This document shows, piece after piece, positions 57,911-64,000 of a DNA stretch of 64,000 nucleotides. Source of the stretch: the human T2T-CHM13v2.0 reference genome, Homo sapiens. Positions within the stretch are counted from its first letter, which is position 1. Every line of letters starts with the position of its first letter. Where the stretch lies: the NCBI RefSeq assembly GCF_009914755.1, contig NC_060935.1; one strand, given 5' to 3'. Under the pieces are notes generated by a model. It was given only the letters and a program-made list of their open reading frames with translations. It searched no databases and was not told the origin of the DNA. The position numbers and the translations under genes were made by a program.

Positions 57911-59766
57911 ACTGGAGAATTATTGTGTTCTTATTGTGTCCTTGCTTTTTTATATTCTTATGTCTTTATGTTTGTTTCTGTGCATCTGGTATAATAGTTG
58001 CTTCTCCAATTTTATGGATTGGCTTTTGTAGGGACAGAGTTTTTCCTATAGATGTATCTATAGTGTTGGTTGGGTTTGACTTTGGCTTTGATTCTGAGTG
58101 GACACAGCAGTGTGGTCTCCATATGATTTCTTCAGCTGTAATCAGCATCAGTCATGTCTGTGAGTTAGTCAGTGACTTAGGCTATTAATGGAGGATATGG
58201 TGAGGCTTTGCTGGGGACAGGGATGCCAGATGGGCCAGTCCTCGGGTACCAGTGGTGGTGATAGCAGGCTAGGCATGCCAGCTTTTGGGCCCCTGGGTGG
58301 CATTAACAAGCACTCATGGTAGAAGGTCTGGGTGGGCCAATCCTTGGTCAGTGGTAGCAGTGGGCCAGGTGGGTGGGTCCTCAGGCCCTAAGTGGTGTGT
58401 GTGGCATCAGTGATGGCAGTAGCAGCAGTGGGCCAACTCTCAGGCCCCAGAGCTTCACATGGGAGTGCCAGTGGTGGTGGTGGTGGGCCAGTCCTCAGGT
58501 CCTCAGGTGGCACATTGGTGAGTTCTGGCAGTGGTGGCAGGCTGGGTGGGCCTGCCCTCAGTTTCCCAAAAGGCAAATTTTAAAGGCAAATGTAGTCGTT
58601 GGCAGTGGTGGACAGGGTAGGGCAATCCATAAGCCTCCAGATGATGTGCATGGGTGCTGGGAGTGGCAAGCAGGGCAGGCCTATCTTCAGATCCCTTGAT
58701 AATGTGTGTGAGCACAGGGGTGGGCTGATCCCCAAGCCCCCGATGGTGCATGTGAGCACTGGCAGTGGGTGGGGCAGGTCTGTTGTCAGGCCCCCCTGAT
58801 GGTACATGCAGCCATCGGTGTTAGTGGATGGGGCAGGTTGATCCCTAAATCCCCCCAACGACACACTTGGTTGCCAGTGGTGGTGGCAACACGTTGGTTA
58901 GGCCTGTCCTTAGACCCCTGGAAGATGTGTATGGGAGCCAGTGGTGACTGGTGGGTGAGTCAAACCCCAGATCCCTCGACAGGATACATGGGCACCAGTG
59001 GTGGTGGGTGGGGCAGGCCTGTCCTCAGGCCCCATGACAGCACCTGGTGGGCTGATCTTCAGGCCCCCTGAAGATGTATATGGGTGTCTGGTGGCCCTGC
59101 TGCTGGGGAAGTGGCAGAGTTGCTGACAGTGGCAGCAGCTGCAGGCAGGTGGCTCTTGGGTTCTGGGGAGCTTGTGTGTCAGCCCCTTTTTCCTGGGGAC
59201 AGCCTCCCTGGCGCACTGCATCACCTGTTCCCCAGGGTGTAGGACACTGTGTGGGTTAGAGTGCTTGGACCCACCTGCACCACTGAGTCCAGCCAGTGTT
59301 GTGAACCTGCATCCTTTTAAGTAGGCATGAGGGGTGGGTGTTAGCAGGGCTCCAGGGATGTGAAGAAGCAGGGGATGTTGGGCCCCAGGGCAAGATATAG
59401 TCTGACGGGGGCTGGGCTCGCAACATGGCACCATGCTGCAGCTGCTTGGGTCTGAGGGGCTGGAGGGTGTGCGATTCAGTGTGAACTCCTTCTCTGGAAC
59501 AATACTGTTATGTGGAGTCTGGGTAGCTTCCTATACTAGTCTCAGGGCCCAAATGGCTCTCCCATGGCTAGCATTACGAAAGTCTGCAGTGGAATATGGA
59601 CCACTGGGGATCTCTCAATTACCTTTTCCCATATTGGGAAGTTTCTCCTGGCTCCAAGCTGACCCTGGCAGGGCCAACTGCTTTGTTTCCCTTTATTTTC
59701 ATGCCTCGGAGATCCTCTGTCCCTCTTTTGTTGAATTCCAGTGTTCTTTCTTTGATGCTCTATTCA

Positions 59767-59949
<183 letters not shown>

Positions 59950-59954
59950 GAATT

Positions 59955-60232
59955 TAGTCTCACTCTATTGCCCAGGCTAGAGTGTGGTTGTATGATAATG
60001 GCTCAATGCAGTCTCAACGTCCTGGGCTCAAGTGATCCTCCCACCTCAGCCTCCTGAGTAGCTGGGACTACAGGCACACACCACCATGCCCAGCTAATTT
60101 TCTCTATTTTTCGTAGAGACTTGGTCTCCCTGTGTTGTTCAGGCTGGTCTTGAACTCTTAGGCTCAAGTGATCCTCCCATCTTCGCCTCCCAAAGTGCTA
60201 GGATTACAGGTGTGACCTACCATGCCAGCCAG
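59955..60232 (-). mobile_element. AluJ-like SINE lacking its poly-A tail
   Basis: agtctcactctattgcccaggctagag...catgccagcc; no poly-T at its left end. Confidence 0.85.
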
Positions 60233-61403
60233 CCTACAATAATTCTTAAAGCAGGTGAATGTATTAATCACAATTCTAAGTGGTAGAGACCCATTCAAAC
60301 TAGTTTATGCAAAAACCAAGGCATTTAATGGTTACAACACCAAATCACAGGAGTGGATGTGACTTCAGAGATGATTAGATCCAGGGAGCCAGATGCTATC
60401 AACACTCTCCTCTTGCTTTATCCCTTGTCTCCTCCTCTTTGTCTCTCTCTCTCATTGACCTTGTTAGACACTGGCAATCCTAGACTCACATTCTTATAGC
60501 ATTGTAACCAATGAGGAGAGAGCACTTCTAACTCCAGTGCAGGGAATCCCAGGCCTATCCTGGACCACTTGCTTATCCTTCATTTGGTGGGTAGGGTTAT
60601 GCACCATTGCATTTGCCTGGCCTGGTCAGCACCCATCCCTGTGGTGGTCAGAGAGTGCTGTGGATACTGTAAGTAGCTTTATGGTTGAGGGAAAGAGGCA
60701 TGGTTTTCCAAGAGAAGAAGGGTGTGGTTCTGGGAAGACAAACAATAGACATTCACTAGTTTGCAGATGAAACAGGCTCAGAGAGGCTAGGCACAGCGCT
60801 CACTCAAGGTCACACAACTATCAAGGAGCAGAGAAGAAATCCTTTTAGGTTTCAAGACACACCGACTCCCTAAGTGACCAGGTGTGGTGAATGGCATGGG
60901 TTGCTGAGGTGTACTGTGGAATTTTCAGCAAAGACCTCACTAAGGTATTTGTATTTCTGAATTGATGTTTATCCTCCTCAAAGGGAAAGGGAGGGACGTG
61001 GTGACTACTTGGTGTCCTGCAGGCCTAGATGAGTGGGTGAGCATCACAATTATCCTTTTGTCCATGTTTCTTCCTCCTCTTTTTGTATTCCTTTCGCAAC
61101 ATAAAAGGGTTAAGATATGAGACACTCTACAAATGCAAACCCAGATTATAGGGCTTATGTCTCCTTTGAAGGATGTGGTAGCATTTAGCATTTTAAAAAT
61201 GGTATTTAATAGACTTGACCCAGAGAGGGAGAGTGAGCCGGAGAGCATGTTCATAAATCTCAGCTTACCCCAGTGTCTGTCTGAATAAACGTCTTCAAAT
61301 TAAACTGTGGTTGGGTGGGAAGTGACTTCTTTATGTAGGTGAATCCATCAGTCCTCCTAACCTTTCTTGGAGGGATGTGATTATTGTTTTTTTCCAGTGC
61401 ATT

Positions 61404-63308
61404 TAGGGAAACCAGATGTTCAATGCTTAATGAATGAGTAGGGAAAGTAGATGTTCAATGCTTAATGAATGAGTAGGGAAAGCAGATGTTCAATGCTTAA
61501 TGAATGAGTAGGGAAAGCAGATGTTCAGTGCTTAATGAATGAGTAGGGAAAGCAGATGTTCAGTGCTTAATGAATGAGTAGGGAAAGCAGATGTTCAATG
61601 CTTAATGAATGAGTAGGGAAAGAAGATGTTCAATGCTTAATGAATGAGTAGGGAAAGCAGATGTTGAATGCTTAATGAATGAGTAGGGAAAGCAGATGTT
61701 GAATGCTTAATGAGTAGGGAAAGCAGATGTTCAGTGCTTAATGAATGAGTAGGGAAAGCAGATGTTCAATGCTTAATGAGTAGGGAAAGCAGATGTTGAA
61801 TGCTTAATGAATGAGTAGGGAAAGAAGATGTTCAATGCTTAATGAATGAGTAGGGAAAGCAGATGTTCAATGCTTAATGAACGAGTAGGGAAAGCAGATG
61901 TTGAATGCTTAATGAATGAGTAGGGAAAGCAGATGTTGAATGCTTAATGAATGAGTAGGGAAAGCAGATGTTCAATGCTTAATGAATGAGTAGGGAAAGC
62001 AGATGTTCAATGCTTAATGAATGAGTAGGGAAAGCAGATGTTCAATGCTTAATGAATGAGTAGGGAAAGCAGATGTTCAATGCTTAATGAATGAGTAGGG
62101 AAAGCAGATGTTCAATGCTTAATGAATGAGTAGGGAAAGCAGATGTTTAATGCTTAATGAATGAGTAGGGAAAGCAGATGTTCAATGCTTAATGAATGAG
62201 TAGGGAAAGCAGATGTTGAATGCTTAATGAATGAGTAGGGAAAGCAGATGTTCAATGCTTAATGAATGAGTAGGGAAAGCAGATGTTCAATGCTTAATGA
62301 ATGAGTAGGGAAAGCAGATGTTCAATGCTTAATGAATGAGTAGGGAAAGCAGATGTTCAATGCTTAATGAATGAGTAGGGAAAGCAGATGTTGAATGCTT
62401 AATGAATGAGTAGGGAAAGCAGATGTTGAATGCTTAATGAATGAGTAGGGAAAGCAGATGTTCAATGCTTAATGAATGAGTAGGGAAAGCAGATGTTGAA
62501 TGCTTAATGAATGAGTAGGGAAAGCAGATGTTGAATGCTTAATGAATGAGTAGGGAAAGCAGATGTTCAATGCTTAATGAATGAGTAGGGAAAGCAGATG
62601 TTCAATGCTTAATGAATGAGTAGGGAAAGCAGATGTTCAGTGCTTAATGAATGAGTAGGGAAAGCAGATGTTCAGTGCTTAATGAATGAGTAGGGAAAGC
62701 AGATGTTCAATGCTTAATGAATGAGTAGGGAAAGAAGATGTTCAATGCTTAATGAATGAGTAGGGAAAGCAGATGTTGAATGCTTAATGAATGAGTAGGG
62801 AAAGCAGATGTTGAATGCTTAATGAGTAGGGAAAGCAGATGTTCAGTGCTTAATGAATGAGTAGGGAAAGCAGATGTTCAATGCTTAATGAATGAGTAGG
62901 GAAAGCAGATGTTGAATGCTTAATGAATGAGTAGGGAAAGAAGATGTTCAATGCTTAATGAATGAGTAGGGAAAGCAGATGTTCAATGCTTAATGAATGA
63001 GTAGGGAAAGCAGATGTTCAATGCTTAATGAATGAGTAGGGAAAGCAGATGTTCAATGCTTAATGAGTAGGGAAAGCAGATGTTGAATGCTTAATGAATG
63101 AGTAGGGAAAGCAGATGTTCAATGCTTAATGAATGAGTAGGGAAAGCAGATGTTCAGTGCTTAATGAATGAGTAGGGAAAGCAGATGTTCAATGCTTAAT
63201 GAATGAGTAGGGAAAGAAGATGTTCAATGCTTAATGAGTAGGGAAAGCAGATGTTCAATGCTTAATGAATGAGTAGGGAAAGCAGATGTTCAATGCTTAA
63301 TGAATGAG
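61404..63308. repeat. Minisatellite/VNTR: 55 units of 35-bp TAGGGAAAGCAGATGTTCAATGCTTAATGAATGAG
   Basis: Counted by hand: 50 units of 35 bp and 5 of 31 bp (lacking AATG) = 1905 bp; few recurring variants (TTGAATG, TTCAGTG, AAAGAAG). Confidence 0.98.
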
Positions 63309-64000
63309 CTGCAAAATGGGTCCACTAAAGTATTTTGGGGTCAGTTGTTTCTCTCCAGCTGTGTGGAGGGCAGAGACAGCAGCAACTTCTACAAGTGGCT
63401 TGTAAGTCTGGGGACATGCAGGCCACTTCTCTTGTCTCTTCAGGTGCTAGACAGAGGAAAGGGCAGGTGTTTCATTGTTAATAGAAGATTCTAGTGCTTG
63501 GCGTCTGTGCTCACTCTAAGAAAGCCAGCCAGATAGCCATTCCTGCCTCTCTATGCCCTTTCCTTCAGTTTTTCTGATACCTAAATGTCAAGTCATCTCC
63601 TTGGGAGAGAGTTGGTGGTCTGGTTAAGAGGGAAGGTCAGTGTGAAGACTGAAGAGCTGTTACCACTTTAGAATCCTTGAGCCTGTTCAGATTATCCAAA
63701 TGAATAACAGTGTTAAGGAAAAGTATGGCATGTAAGTTTTTGTTTCAAAGCACTTCAGAGGCTATTGCCTTGAAAAGCAACTTGCATTTTGCCTAGAAGG
63801 CTAATTACAAAACATATTAAGTGTGGGAATGCTGAAGGATAACTTCAATTTTTAATTTTCCTTATTGCTAAGCTATTTAATCCTGTGGACTAGGGAAAGG
63901 AAATATAAGGAAAAGAGTCACCCTTTTTATCTTTATCATTTTAAAGAGCTTTTTAGCTCCTATGGGCCAGCCTTGGCTGTGGCAACACCATTTGTTCACT

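Noticed and set aside
61404-63308. 35-bp repeats resembling a CRISPR array
   Set aside because: Units are head-to-tail with no unique spacers, there are no cas genes, and the context is a mammalian intron; it is a minisatellite.

Overview
Human-type (primate) genomic DNA covering the central part of TECTA (alpha-tectorin, the tectorial-membrane glycoprotein of DFNA8/12 and DFNB21) on the + strand. Thirteen consecutive coding exons can be defined by their AG/GT boundaries and join into one continuous 4,796-nt frame. By recalled numbering these are exons 7-19, about c.1204-5999. They encode the zonadhesin-like region (VWD/C8/TIL repeats), an EGF-like exon and the first part of the ZP domain. 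The introns hold Alu, L1, L2, MaLR and hAT-Charlie elements. The last intron, which runs past the window end, contains a full-length L1PA3/4-like element nested in an older near-full-length L1, a 180-bp templated duplication and a 55-unit 35-bp VNTR. I cannot demonstrate a new biological system from sequence alone. The best leads are the VNTR (49 CAGATG E-boxes, 55 UAGGGA motifs and an internal higher-order duplication), a NAGNAG acceptor whose second AG makes a stop codon, the L1 antisense promoter/ORF0 pointing along TECTA, an RBFOX/CA cluster before exon 10 and a candidate cryptic Alu exon. Repeat subfamily names and exon/cDNA numbering come from recall and were not checked against a database.
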